A program made the translations under genes and the position numbers. Below are positions 1 to 8,929 of a stretch of 64,000 nt of DNA, one piece after another. The stretch is from assembly GCA_017470645.1 (NCBI GenBank), contig JAFUYJ010000001.1:16091-80090 (forward strand), given 5' to 3'. A model generated the notes under the pieces. That model was not told the DNA's origin and did no database searches. It saw nothing but the letters and a program-made list of their open reading frames with translations. Origin of the DNA: Clostridia bacterium. Lineage in GTDB: Bacteria; Bacillota; Clostridia; TANB77; CAG-508. Positions within the stretch are counted from its first letter, which is position 1. The number at the start of each line of letters is the position of its first letter.

Positions 1-1
1 T

Positions 2-1120
2 AAAGATTTGGATACGTCTAAATTTATAGATAAGATTAAGTCACAGTTAGAGTTGTTTATGGAATTTGTGGATGTTTTTACAATAGGGGTTACTGGTACA
101 AAGGGAAAAAGTACTACAAGTTCATTAATTTATGATATTGTAAGCAAGCAACGTAATGATGTACACTTGCTTGGAAATATTGGTGTTCCGTTGTTTGATG
201 AGATAGATAAATTAACTCCAAATTCAATTGTTGTGTTGGAATTATCTTCTCATCAATTGGAGTTTGCAAAGGTTTCGCCTAATATTGCTATTTTGTTAAA
301 TTTATTTGAAGAACATTTGGATCACTATAAGTCATATGAACATTATATTAATGCTAAATTAAATATTTGTAGGTATCAAAAACCAGAGGATTATTTCTTG
401 TATAGTATTGATAATGATTGCTTAAAAGAACATATAGAGAATATGGGAGAGTTAAAGCAACATGTTATAGAAATTAGCTTTGAGGGTAATAGTAAAGTTA
501 ATAATAGGGATAATATTGTTACAAGAAAAGAAAACAGTGCTTTAGCTGAGAATGGAGAGGTTTTATATACCGATTCTGAAGTAAGACAAATATTAGGTGA
601 TCATAATTTTAATAATATTATGTTTGCTGTTACGGTTGCTAAGATAATGAATCTTGATTTAAAGAAGGCGATGGAGGATATTTATAATTTTGCACCTTTA
701 GAGCATAGAATGGAATTTGTGGGTGAGATTGATGGTGTTAAATATTATAATGATTCTATTGCTACTATTCCGGCTTCTACGATTAATGGGGTTGAGACTT
801 TGAAAAATGTTAATACTTTAATAATTGGTGGAAAGGATAGGGGAATTGATTATACTGAATTTGCTGAGTTTTTAAGTAAAACTGATATTGAGCATTTGGT
901 TTGTCTTCCTGATACGGGATGGAAAATTGCGGATATGGTTGTAAATGAGGGTATGGAAAAGCATATTGTTCGTGATATGGAAGAAGCGGTTAGGGTTGCT
1001 AAAAAGGTTACTAAGAGGGGGATGAGTTGTTTGTTGTCTCCGGCTGCTTCTAGTTATGGGTTTTTTAAGAATTTTAAGGAAAGAGGTAATTTGTTTAAGA
1101 AGTTTGTGTTGGGGGTGTAA
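2..1120 (+). CDS. murD: UDP-N-acetylmuramoylalanine--D-glutamate ligase (MurD), 5'-truncated by the window edge
   Basis: The Mur-ligase P-loop GVTGTKGKSTT sits near the start of the visible ORF. In full-length MurD it lies about 100 aa in, so roughly 80 aa are missing upstream. The C-terminal LLSPAASSYGFFKNFKERGNLFKKFV matches the MurD C-terminal consensus. No in-frame stop occurs between the window start and 1120. Confidence 0.8.
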   Translation, partial: KDLDTSKFIDKIKSQLELFMEFVDVFTIGVTGTKGKSTTSSLIYDIVSKQRNDVHLLGNIGVPLFDEIDKLTPNSIVVLELSSHQLEFAKVSPNIAILLNLFEEHLDHYKSYEHYINAKLNICRYQKPEDYFLYSIDNDCLKEHIENMGELKQHVIEISFEGNSKVNNRDNIVTRKENSALAENGEVLYTDSEVRQILGDHNFNNIMFAVTVAKIMNLDLKKAMEDIYNFAPLEHRMEFVGEIDGVKYYNDSIATIPASTINGVETLKNVNTLIIGGKDRGIDYTEFAEFLSKTDIEHLVCLPDTGWKIADMVVNEGMEKHIVRDMEEAVRVAKKVTKRGMSCLLSPAASSYGFFKNFKERGNLFKKFVLGV

Positions 1121-1121
1121 T

Positions 1122-1405
1122 GTAGCCGCCAACGCTGTTTAATTAATTGATGATTGGTGGTGGTATGGGGATATATATTACTTTAAAAATGTTTCCCAAC
1201 AGCGCACAGAGAGTAATAATTCCTGAGTGTGAGGGACGGATGGATTTTGTATTGTTGATGTATTGAAAACGTTTTAGATCTATTGAGCCTATTGGGGAAT
1301 TATAACTCTCTGTAGCTAGCCGGTCCCCACTTAAGCCACATTTTTAAAGTAATATATATCCCCATACCACCACCAATCATCAATTAATTAAACAGCGTTG
1401 GCTAC
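1122..1405. repeat. Inverted-repeat element A. It has 64-bp perfect arms (1128-1191 and 1339-1402) around a ~150-bp core. The core holds a nested 17-bp stem (cagagagtaataattcc / ggaattataactctctg)
   Basis: Read directly from the sequence. The 5' arm gccaacgctgtttaattaattgatgattggtggtggtatggggatatatattactttaaaaatg is the exact reverse complement of the 3' arm. The element lies between the murD stop (1118-1120) and the antiporter start. Confidence 0.85.
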
Positions 1406-1457
1406 TCTGAAGACGGTAGATGGTTTTGTTAGATGTAAGGAAAGAGAGGATGTAGTT

Positions 1458-2420
1458 GTGGTAGTTTGGATTGTATTAATTGTTTTAGGATTTGTTTTGC
1501 TGATTAAGGGTGCAGATTTTTTAGTTGAGGGGGCAAGTAATATTGCTAAGAAGTTTCATATTCCGGAGATAATTATTGGGTTGACTATTGTGTCTATTGG
1601 TACTTCTATGCCGGAGTTGTTTGTTAGTATTACTTCAGCGATAGATGGGTATGCTGATATGGCTGTTGGGAATATTGTTGGGAGTAATATAGCTAATTTG
1701 TTGTTAATTTTGGGTATGTCGTCAATTATCAGAGCTATTAAGTTTAAGAGGGAGACTAGGTTGATTGAAATTCCAATGTGTTTAGGTGTTTCGCTGCTTT
1801 TTGTTTTACTATGTAATTTGGGACATAATATTACAAGAGTAGATGCTGGAATTTTGATTGTGCTTTTTGTATTGTTTATTGTGTATACAATTATAATGGC
1901 TAAAAAAGGTGAGGATTTTGATAAGGAAGATGACGATGAAATTGTTGTAGATCGAACTAAGTCAAGTAAATCAACTATTAAGGATATTGTGTTTTTGATT
2001 TTAGGAGCGGTATTGCTAAAAATTGGTGGAGATTTAACGGTTGAGAATGCGGTTGAGGTTGCTAAGCATTTTGGGTTAAGTGAGAAATTAATTAGCGTTA
2101 CAATATTAGCTGTTGGGACAAGCTTGCCAGAATTAGTTACGAGTGTTTCTGCAGCTTTTAAAGGTAAAAGTGATATTGCTATCGGTAATATTTTGGGTTC
2201 AAACATCTTTAATATGTTGTTGATAATTGGTGTTTCTGCAATGATTAAGCCTATTGTATATAATATGAGTTATAATTTAGATATGGTATTTTTAATTGGT
2301 GGTACTTTGGTGTTATCATTGTTTCCTATTATTCCACCAAAAAATAAGATGAGTAGAGGAAATGGCTTTGTGTATGTTTTGATTTATGCAGGGTATTTGG
2401 TAAGTTTATTTGTGAAGTAA
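1458..2420 (+). CDS. Ca2+/Na+ antiporter, CaCA family (YrbG-like)
   Basis: It carries the duplicated alpha-repeat motifs GTSMPELFVSITSA and GTSLPELVTSVSAA and is multi-TM. The track ORF starts at TTG 1398, which lies inside the IR arm. I prefer GTG 1458, which follows RBS aaagagagga and gives an N-terminus VVVWIVLIVLGFVLLIKGADF typical of the family. Confidence 0.8.
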   Translation: MVVWIVLIVLGFVLLIKGADFLVEGASNIAKKFHIPEIIIGLTIVSIGTSMPELFVSITSAIDGYADMAVGNIVGSNIANLLLILGMSSIIRAIKFKRETRLIEIPMCLGVSLLFVLLCNLGHNITRVDAGILIVLFVLFIVYTIIMAKKGEDFDKEDDDEIVVDRTKSSKSTIKDIVFLILGAVLLKIGGDLTVENAVEVAKHFGLSEKLISVTILAVGTSLPELVTSVSAAFKGKSDIAIGNILGSNIFNMLLIIGVSAMIKPIVYNMSYNLDMVFLIGGTLVLSLFPIIPPKNKMSRGNGFVYVLIYAGYLVSLFVK

Positions 2421-2475
2421 TGAATTGTATATAATTTTTATAAACAATAAATAGTTATTTGTGAGGAGGAAATTT

Positions 2476-2868
2476 ATGTATAGTGAGGATATTGAGTTAG
2501 CAAAAAATGCTAGATTAAAGGCATATTCGCCTTATAGTAATTATCAAGTTGGAGCAGTACTTAGAACTAAAAGTGGAAAAGCATATATAGGATGTAACAT
2601 TGAAAATCATGGAATACAAGGAATTTGTGCAGAACGAACAGCTTTTGCAAAAGCACTTTCAGAAGGTGAAAGGGAGTTTGAAAGTATAACAGTTGTTGGT
2701 GGAAAAAAAGGTGAAGAAGCTAGAGATAAATGTATGCCATGTGGATATTGTAGACAGTTTATGAGCGAGTTTGTAAATGATAATTTTAAAGTGTATGTTG
2801 TTGATAGAGACAATAATGTTAGTGAGTTTACTATGGGTGATTTATTGCCATATGGTTTTAAGATTTAA
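2476..2868 (+). CDS. cdd: cytidine deaminase
   Basis: Zinc-ligand motifs CAERTAFAKAL and CMPCGYCRQFM are present. ATG 2476 follows RBS gaggagg at 2464-2470. The track ORF carries a 5-aa N-terminal over-extension. Confidence 0.9.
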   Translation: MYSEDIELAKNARLKAYSPYSNYQVGAVLRTKSGKAYIGCNIENHGIQGICAERTAFAKALSEGEREFESITVVGGKKGEEARDKCMPCGYCRQFMSEFVNDNFKVYVVDRDNNVSEFTMGDLLPYGFKI

Positions 2869-2948
2869 AAATGTATTAGGGTCACACTATATATACATGG
2901 ACATTGAAAGAAGCTTTGTTGGAAAAAATTTATAAAATTTAAGAAAAA

Positions 2949-2990
2949 AATTAGGACGAAGAAAATCTATTTTTCTTCGTCCTAATTTAA
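2949..2990. terminator. bidirectional rho-independent terminator between cdd(+) and asnS(-)
   Basis: A perfect 15-bp stem, ttaggacgaagaaaa / ttttcttcgtcctaa, has a 5-nt loop and A/T runs on both sides. Confidence 0.7.
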
Positions 2991-2999
2991 ATGTATTTT

Positions 3000-4388
3000 T
3001 TAAAAATCACAATTTCCTGGTGTTCTAGGGAATGGAATAACATCACGAATATTTTGCATACCTGTAATGTACATTAGCAATCTTTCAAATCCTAGACCAA
3101 ATCCTGAATGAACTGTTGAACCGAATTTACGTAGTTGTAAATACCAATCTAATTCTTCAGTATCTATGCCTAATTCTTTCATACGATTTACTAATTTATC
3201 GTAGTCTTCTTCTCTTTGAGAACCCCCCATAATTTCACCAGCGCCTGGAACTTCTAAGTCAACTGCTGCAACTGTTTTTTCATCTGGGTTTAGTTTCATA
3301 TAAAATGCTTTAATATCTTTTGGCCAGTTCTTTACAAATACAGGACCGTTGAAATATTCTGTAATATATTTTTCATGTTCTTTTGCTAAATCTTCTCCAT
3401 ATTCAGGTTGGAATTCCCATTCTTTATCAGCTTTTTTTAGAATGTCAATTGCTTCTTTGTGATCCAATCTAGTAAAAGATGAGTTACATACTTTTTTTAG
3501 TTTTTCTATTAAACCATTTTCAATAAATTTATCGCAGAATTCTAATTCTTCTGGGCATTTTTCTAAAACAACTTTAACAACGTATTTTAAGAAATCTTCT
3601 TCTATATCCATTAATTGTTCTAAATCACAGAAACAAATTTCTGGTTCTACCATCCAAAATTCGTTTGCATGTGTTTTTGTGTTTGAGTTTTCAGATCTTA
3701 GTGTTGGTCCAAAAGTATATATTTTTCCAAATGCGTGTGCAAATGTTTCACCGTGTAATTGACCTGAACCTGTGATAAATGCTTTCTTACCAAAGATGTC
3801 TTGAGTGAAATCAGTTTGTCCATCTTTTTGTGGTAATGGTTTATCTAAATCTAATGTTGTTAATTTAAACATTTCAGCAGATCCTTCACAGTCTGCACAT
3901 GTGATTATAGGACTGTTTAAATAAACGTATCCATTGTTTTGAAAATATTCATGTATAGCAAAAGCGGCAACACTTCTTATTCTAAAGATTGCATTAAAAG
4001 TATTTGTTCTAGGACGTAAGTGTGCAACTGTTCTTAAATACTCAAAAGTGTGTCTTTTCTTTTGAAGTGGATAGTCTTGTGAGCTTAAATTGTCCACTGT
4101 TACGCTTGTTGCTTGTATTTCAAAAGGTTGTTTTGCATCTGGTGTGATTATTAACTTACCTGTTACTGCTATTGAAGAACCTATTGTTAATTTACAGATT
4201 TCATCGAAGTTAGATAAATTATTATTAAAAACAACTTGTACATTATTGAAAAATGAACCATCATTTAGTTCAATAAATCCAAATGTTTTTGAATCACGTA
4301 CAGTTCTAACCCAACCTTCTATTTTAATTTCTTGATTTTCATAGTTTGTTGTGTTTCTAAATAAATCTTTTATAATTGTTGTTTCCAT
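3000..4388 (-). CDS. asnS: asparagine--tRNA ligase
   Basis: 462 aa. An N-terminal OB-fold anticodon-binding domain is followed by a class II aaRS core with motifs FRIRS, GSGQLHGE and GFGLGFERL. Confidence 0.93.
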   Translation of the reverse strand: METTIIKDLFRNTTNYENQEIKIEGWVRTVRDSKTFGFIELNDGSFFNNVQVVFNNNLSNFDEICKLTIGSSIAVTGKLIITPDAKQPFEIQATSVTVDNLSSQDYPLQKKRHTFEYLRTVAHLRPRTNTFNAIFRIRSVAAFAIHEYFQNNGYVYLNSPIITCADCEGSAEMFKLTTLDLDKPLPQKDGQTDFTQDIFGKKAFITGSGQLHGETFAHAFGKIYTFGPTLRSENSNTKTHANEFWMVEPEICFCDLEQLMDIEEDFLKYVVKVVLEKCPEELEFCDKFIENGLIEKLKKVCNSSFTRLDHKEAIDILKKADKEWEFQPEYGEDLAKEHEKYITEYFNGPVFVKNWPKDIKAFYMKLNPDEKTVAAVDLEVPGAGEIMGGSQREEDYDKLVNRMKELGIDTEELDWYLQLRKFGSTVHSGFGLGFERLLMYITGMQNIRDVIPFPRTPGNCDF

Positions 4389-4642
4389 AAGCTTTGTTAT
4401 GCTAGTTTGATAAATTCGAATATAGATAAATGAAAATTTAAAAAACTAACAATCTCCTTTCTGAAAAATTTTGTCGTAAATTAGCTGTATATCAATCTAA
4501 TTTTCTATTTTTAGATTATACATCGTAATAGGCAAAATTGCAAGTATAAAATTCTTGCTTTACATTGAAAATGTTTATTGATATAATTTTTTTGAAATAA
4601 AAAACGTAAGAAAATAATTAATAATATAAACGAGGAAAAGAT

Positions 4643-5410
4643 ATGGTAAAGTATTCGTCAAAAATAAAAAAAATTGTATCAAGTTTATTTTTTAGAGTGG
4701 TGTTATGTATGTTTTTGCTTGTTTGTGGTGCGATGTTTGTTAGATTCAGTAATAGTATGGTTTCTTTAGCAAAGAGTGATAACGTATCTAAAAATGAAAA
4801 TATAATATCTAGTGATGAGAGTGTGAATTTGGATACAAGCGATTTGATTTACGTTGACTTAAGCAAATCAAATGATACTATTGCTAATGACAGTGTTTAT
4901 CACCAAGTTTATCCTGAAAAATGGCTTGAAGAGTTTAATGAAAAAGTAACTATGTTGCAAGAAATTTTTCCATCAGGTAAATATTGGAATCACATGGGGC
5001 AAAATGCATCTAATCCTGGTGAAACAAATAATATATATTGTGTTACAGATATCCCATGTAATCATAATATTTATGGAGAGTTATATTGCAATGCACATTA
5101 TGGGAAATCTAATGATGTGTATCCTTATTATGCAACATGTAGTCAATGCAGAGGTTTTGCAAGCTTGCTAAGTGATATTATTTTTGGTGAAGATGCACCT
5201 GTTAGATATTTTGAAGATTATGATGAATTACGAATTGGCGATCAAGCGAGAATTGATGGTGATTTTCATAGCGTTTTTATTATTGATAAAACAGATGAAT
5301 ATGTAATTGTTGCAGAGTGTAATGCCGATTTACAAACATGCCAAATTAATTGGGGAAGAAAGATTTTAAGACAAGATTTGAATGGATGGTATATTACAAG
5401 ATGGGATTGA
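4643..5410 (+). CDS. hypothetical secreted/membrane-anchored Cys-rich protein
   Basis: It has an N-terminal hydrophobic segment and 10+ Cys in the mature part (CVTDIPCNHN, CSQCRG, AECNADLQTC). I see no family match I can name with confidence. Spacing of Cys...His...Asp would allow a papain-like fold, but this is a guess. Confidence 0.45.
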   Translation: MVKYSSKIKKIVSSLFFRVVLCMFLLVCGAMFVRFSNSMVSLAKSDNVSKNENIISSDESVNLDTSDLIYVDLSKSNDTIANDSVYHQVYPEKWLEEFNEKVTMLQEIFPSGKYWNHMGQNASNPGETNNIYCVTDIPCNHNIYGELYCNAHYGKSNDVYPYYATCSQCRGFASLLSDIIFGEDAPVRYFEDYDELRIGDQARIDGDFHSVFIIDKTDEYVIVAECNADLQTCQINWGRKILRQDLNGWYITRWD

Positions 5411-5484
5411 CTTTATAAAAATAAAAGAATATAATTAAAATATGAAATATAATTCACATTGTAAATATAAGAGAGGAGTCAAAT

Positions 5485-6381
5485 ATGAAAACTGACAAAA
5501 ACATTTTAATTGCTTTTATTTTAAATTTATCATTTTCTATTTTAGAATTTATAGGCGGTGCTTTTACAAATAGTGTTGCCATTATCTCAGATTCTGTACA
5601 TGATATGGGTGATGCTTTAAGTATTGGAGTATCATATTTTTTAGAAAAGAAAAGTAAGAAAAAGCCTGATGATAAATATACATATGGATATATTAGATAT
5701 TCTGTTTTAGGTAGTACTATAACAACAGTAATACTTTTAGTTGGTTCTATATTAGTTATATATAATTCAATTCTAAGAATTATTAATCCTGTGGAAATAA
5801 ACTATGATGGAATGATAATTTTTGCGGTATTCGGTGTTATTATAAATTTTGCAGCAGCGTATTTTACAAGAGAAGGAGATTCTTTAAATCAAAAATCTGT
5901 TAATTTGCATATGTTAGAGGATGTTCTTGGATGGGTAATTGTATTAATTGGAGCTATTGTGATGAGAATATTTGATATAACTTACATTGATCCAATTCTT
6001 TCTATTTGTGTAGCTATATTTATTTTGATAAATGCATATAAAAACTTTAAAGCTATATTAGATGTATTCCTTGAAAAAACACCTAAAAATATTGATGTTG
6101 CGGAGATTAAAGAACATTTAAGTGAAATTGAGGAAGTAGTAGATGTTCATCATATTCATATTTGGAGTATGGATGGATATTCTAATTTTGCAACGTTGCA
6201 TGTTATTACAAAAGATAAGAGTAAAGAGGTTAAAGATAAGATTAGAGATGAGTTAAAAGAACATGGAATTGGTCATGTTACTATTGAATTAGAGGGTGAA
6301 GGTGAGAAGTGCTGTAGTGAAAATTGTGATGTTGAGTCAAATGTTGGGGGACGTCATCATCATCACCATCATCATCATTAG
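5485..6381 (+). CDS. czcD: cation diffusion facilitator (CDF) family metal efflux transporter, CzcD/ZitB-like, with His8 C-terminus
   Basis: Six TMs are present with the HD/HD metal sites (SDSVHDMGD), a C-terminal cytoplasmic domain, and a natural His-rich tail GGRHHHHHHHH. Confidence 0.85.
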   Translation: MKTDKNILIAFILNLSFSILEFIGGAFTNSVAIISDSVHDMGDALSIGVSYFLEKKSKKKPDDKYTYGYIRYSVLGSTITTVILLVGSILVIYNSILRIINPVEINYDGMIIFAVFGVIINFAAAYFTREGDSLNQKSVNLHMLEDVLGWVIVLIGAIVMRIFDITYIDPILSICVAIFILINAYKNFKAILDVFLEKTPKNIDVAEIKEHLSEIEEVVDVHHIHIWSMDGYSNFATLHVITKDKSKEVKDKIRDELKEHGIGHVTIELEGEGEKCCSENCDVESNVGGRHHHHHHHH

Positions 6382-6409
6382 TATTTTTTTTATGGCTTAG
6401 ATATTTTGC

Positions 6410-6633
6410 AGTAGTTCGCCTCAAAAAAAGTGCGTCAATGCTTATATTGTTTTATTCGTTTCGCCCCAACTACGAACCAAGAGTAAGAAAATATCATGCA
6501 AGATGGGATTGAGTGATATGGGTTTGAGTGTATTTTGCATGATATTTTCTAACTCTTGCTAGCTTGTTGGTCCCCACCTTGACTTCACTTCATAAAACAA
6601 TATAAGCATTGACACACTTTTTTTAGGCTACTC
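6410..6633. repeat. Inverted-repeat element B. Its ~40-bp arms (6417-6455 and 6592-6628, 1-2 mismatches) enclose a core with a nested 22-bp stem (caagagtaagaaaatatcatgc / gcatgatattttctaactcttg)
   Basis: Read directly from the sequence. The core shares a conserved head (CCCAAC..CG.AC.AGAGTAA.AA) and tail (TAGCT.G..GGTCCCCAC.TT.A) with element A. Confidence 0.85.
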
Positions 6634-6673
6634 TATGATAGTGAGGGCTAAATTGATATAGAAAGGATTTTGT

Positions 6674-7645
6674 ATGGAATTACCGGTTGAATTAAGAGGT
6701 TTAATTGAAAAAAGTTTGGAAAGTAGTAATATAAAAGAATTACAAAAAAATTCTGAGAGTATTAGCTTAAAGTATAGAGAAGAAAGTGGAAGAGGAAATA
6801 GGTTGGTTACGGAAGATATTGAGGCTTTAGCATATTCGGCAGTTAGAATGCCTGCTACGTTTGCTGCAGTTTATACTGCTTTAAAAAATACGTTGGAGAT
6901 TTGTGATTTAAAAATAGACTCTATGTTAGATGTTGGAGCTGGAACAGGTGCTGGTACTTGGGCAATTAACGATTTAGTGGATTTTGAAGAAGCAACATGC
7001 CTTGAGCGAGAAGATGCGATGATGAATCTTGGAAAAAGTTTTATGCAAGAATCAGAAATACAGTCTTTAATGAATGTTAAGTGGGAAAAGTTCGATTTAA
7101 TAGGTTCAGAAATTAAACAGAAGGCTGACTTAGTTGTATGTTCTTATGTTTTAAATGAATTAAATGAAAATGATAGAAAAATTGCGTTGGAAAAATTATG
7201 GAACGCAACAAATAAAATTCTTTTGATAATTGAACCAGGAACGCCAGTAGGGTTTAGTGAAATTAAACAACTTCGAAAGATTTTAATGAAACATGGTGGA
7301 AATGTTATAGCTCCATGTCCAAATATAGAAATATGCCAAATGCCAGATGATGACTGGTGTCATTCTACGTGCAGAGTAGCTAGAACTAAAATACACAAGT
7401 TGTTAAAAAATGGTGATGTACCTTATGAAGATGAGAAATTTTCATACATTGCAGTGTGCAAGGAATCAATTGAAAAGAAGGATTTTGTAAGAGTTTTAAG
7501 ACATCCTAAAATTGAAAGTGGAAAAATTACTTTGCAAGTATGTTCAAAAGATGGGATAAGTGAAAGAATTGTTACTAAAAAGGAAAAAGAATTGTTTAAA
7601 ATTGCAAGGAAAGTTAAATGTGGAGAATACATCGAAAATATGTAA
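6674..7645 (+). CDS. Rsm22-family SAM-dependent methyltransferase (COG5459-like)
   Basis: A methyltransferase glycine-rich loop DVGAGTGAGTWA is followed by a C-terminal Cys cluster (CPNIEICQM, CHSTCRV) typical of bacterial Rsm22 homologues. Confidence 0.65.
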   Translation: MELPVELRGLIEKSLESSNIKELQKNSESISLKYREESGRGNRLVTEDIEALAYSAVRMPATFAAVYTALKNTLEICDLKIDSMLDVGAGTGAGTWAINDLVDFEEATCLEREDAMMNLGKSFMQESEIQSLMNVKWEKFDLIGSEIKQKADLVVCSYVLNELNENDRKIALEKLWNATNKILLIIEPGTPVGFSEIKQLRKILMKHGGNVIAPCPNIEICQMPDDDWCHSTCRVARTKIHKLLKNGDVPYEDEKFSYIAVCKESIEKKDFVRVLRHPKIESGKITLQVCSKDGISERIVTKKEKELFKIARKVKCGEYIENM

Positions 7646-7735
7646 AAACAGTAATATCAAAGCTTCTTATCATTTTGCTGACGTCGGCAAAATGATAAGA
7701 ATGCCATAAGGAGCAGAAAATGAATATTATTTTTT
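7641..7735 (+). pseudogene. Remnant duplicate of an internal segment of the downstream dinD-like gene; about 85 bp at roughly 88% identity to 8250-8335
   Basis: atgtaaaaacagtaatatcaaAGcttctTatcattttgcTgacgtcggcaaaaTgataaGaatgcc aligns with the gene segment encoding CKNSNINTSDHFADVGKTIKMP. No start codon is present, stops follow, and it overlaps the Rsm22 stop codon. Confidence 0.6.
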
Positions 7736-8076
7736 AAGATAGACATTCAAAAGCGGATGATAAATATAATCCAAATGAAATGTTTGAGGAAGATAGGGAA
7801 TCTTCAAATTATACGGTAGCGGTATTTGATATAGATGAGAATATATTATATTTTTATGAATTAGATACATAAAATTATAATAAGTAACTACAAAAATTTT
7901 CAACGATGTCGAGAATATTTGCTTTATAATATTATGTAAAAATAATTTATAAAACTATTGAATGCTAGAATTGAATATGATATAATGCAAACAATAGTTT
8001 TTAAATAAATATATGTAGTATATGCTGGAATAATAAATGTAGAGATAACTAAATTTTAGCAAAAGGAAGTGTTCTT

Positions 8077-8928
8077 ATGGAAAATAATTTGGTAATCAAA
8101 ACAGAAAAGATTTTTGAGAAAATAAAACATGTTGATGAAAGTGGTGTGGAATTCTGGTATGCAAGAGAGCTTATGGAAATACTTGAGTATACTAAATGGG
8201 GAAATTTTGTGAAGGTTATAAGTAAAGCAATGGAAGCATGTAAAAACAGTAATATCAATACTTCTGATCATTTTGCCGACGTCGGCAAAACGATAAAAAT
8301 GCCCAAAGGTGCAGAAAAGGTAGTTGATGATTTTAAATTGACAAGATATGCATGTTATTTAATTGCACAAAATGGTGATAGTAGGAAGAAAACTATAGCA
8401 TTGGCTCAAACATATTTTGCAGTACAAACTAGAAAGCAAGAAATAACAAGGCAGGAATATGAGCAATTAAGTGAAGATGAAAAAAGATTATATACAAGGC
8501 AAAATGTAAAAGATAAAAACAAGTTTTTGTTTGATACTGCCAAACTTGCTGGAGTTAAAAACTATGGAAAATTCAATAATTATGGATACAGAGGTTTATA
8601 TAATGGTGAAACTGCAAAAGATATAGCTAAAAGAAAAGGAATATCAGAAAAAGAGGATATTCTTGATTATATGAGTAGTACAGAATTAGCAACTAATCTA
8701 TTTAGAATTACGCAAACAGATGAGGTATTAAAAAACAAAAATATAAATAACGAAAATGATGCATGTAAAACACATCATAATGTTGGACAAGCGGTAAGAC
8801 AAACTATAAAAAGAATAGGTGGTACAATGCCTGAGGATATGCCAACGCCTAGAAAAAGTGCAAAAGAGATTGAAAAAGAAAAAATGAAAAGATTAGTAGA
8901 GAAAAACAATAAGAAGAAAGGAAAGTAA
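8077..8928 (+). CDS. dinD: DNA-damage-inducible protein D-like (Bro-N domain family)
   Basis: WYARELMEILEYTKWGNFVKVI...SDHFADVGKTIKM...LTRYACYLIAQNGDSRKK...AQTYFA matches the E. coli DinD/Bro-N consensus (FW.AREL, DHFvDV.KMv, LTRYACYL.AMNGDPRK, AQ.YF). Confidence 0.8.
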   Translation: MENNLVIKTEKIFEKIKHVDESGVEFWYARELMEILEYTKWGNFVKVISKAMEACKNSNINTSDHFADVGKTIKMPKGAEKVVDDFKLTRYACYLIAQNGDSRKKTIALAQTYFAVQTRKQEITRQEYEQLSEDEKRLYTRQNVKDKNKFLFDTAKLAGVKNYGKFNNYGYRGLYNGETAKDIAKRKGISEKEDILDYMSSTELATNLFRITQTDEVLKNKNINNENDACKTHHNVGQAVRQTIKRIGGTMPEDMPTPRKSAKEIEKEKMKRLVEKNNKKKGK

Positions 8929-8929
8929 T

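Noticed and set aside
1122-1405. Inverted-repeat elements as integron attC sites or retron msr/msd.
   Set aside because: The arm ends do not fit attC R''/R' cores (RYYYAAC / GTTRRRY). No integrase or reverse transcriptase gene is anywhere in the window.
1556-2206. Long antisense ORFs opposite annotated genes. Examples: 1556-2206(-), 872-1132(-), 22140-22352(-), 31500-31940(-), 36954-37418(-), 46015-46380(-), 47462-47941(-), 48245-48796(-), 19916-20287(-), 61942-62169(-), and others in the track.
   Set aside because: They lie opposite strongly supported conserved genes. They have low-complexity S/L/F/I-rich translations typical of antisense frames in AT-rich DNA, and no RBS.
4389-4642. T-box leaders upstream of asnS (4389-4642, read on the minus strand) and leuS (61967-62162).
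   Set aside because: I looked for the conserved T-box sequence (AATTAGGGTGGNACCGCG; on the + strand cgcggtnccaccct) and a specifier/antiterminator arrangement. Neither is present.
6340-6381. C-terminal HHHHHHHH on the CDF transporter as an engineered His-tag or cloning artefact.
   Set aside because: Natural CzcD/ZitB-type CDF proteins commonly end in His-rich metal-binding tails. It is preceded by native-looking sequence (GGRH...) with no linker or vector sequence.
7900-8076. LexA (Cheo-box GAAC-N4-GTTC) operator upstream of the DinD-like gene.
   Set aside because: No GAAC...GTTC dyad in the 180 bp upstream. Damage-inducibility is inferred only from the family name.
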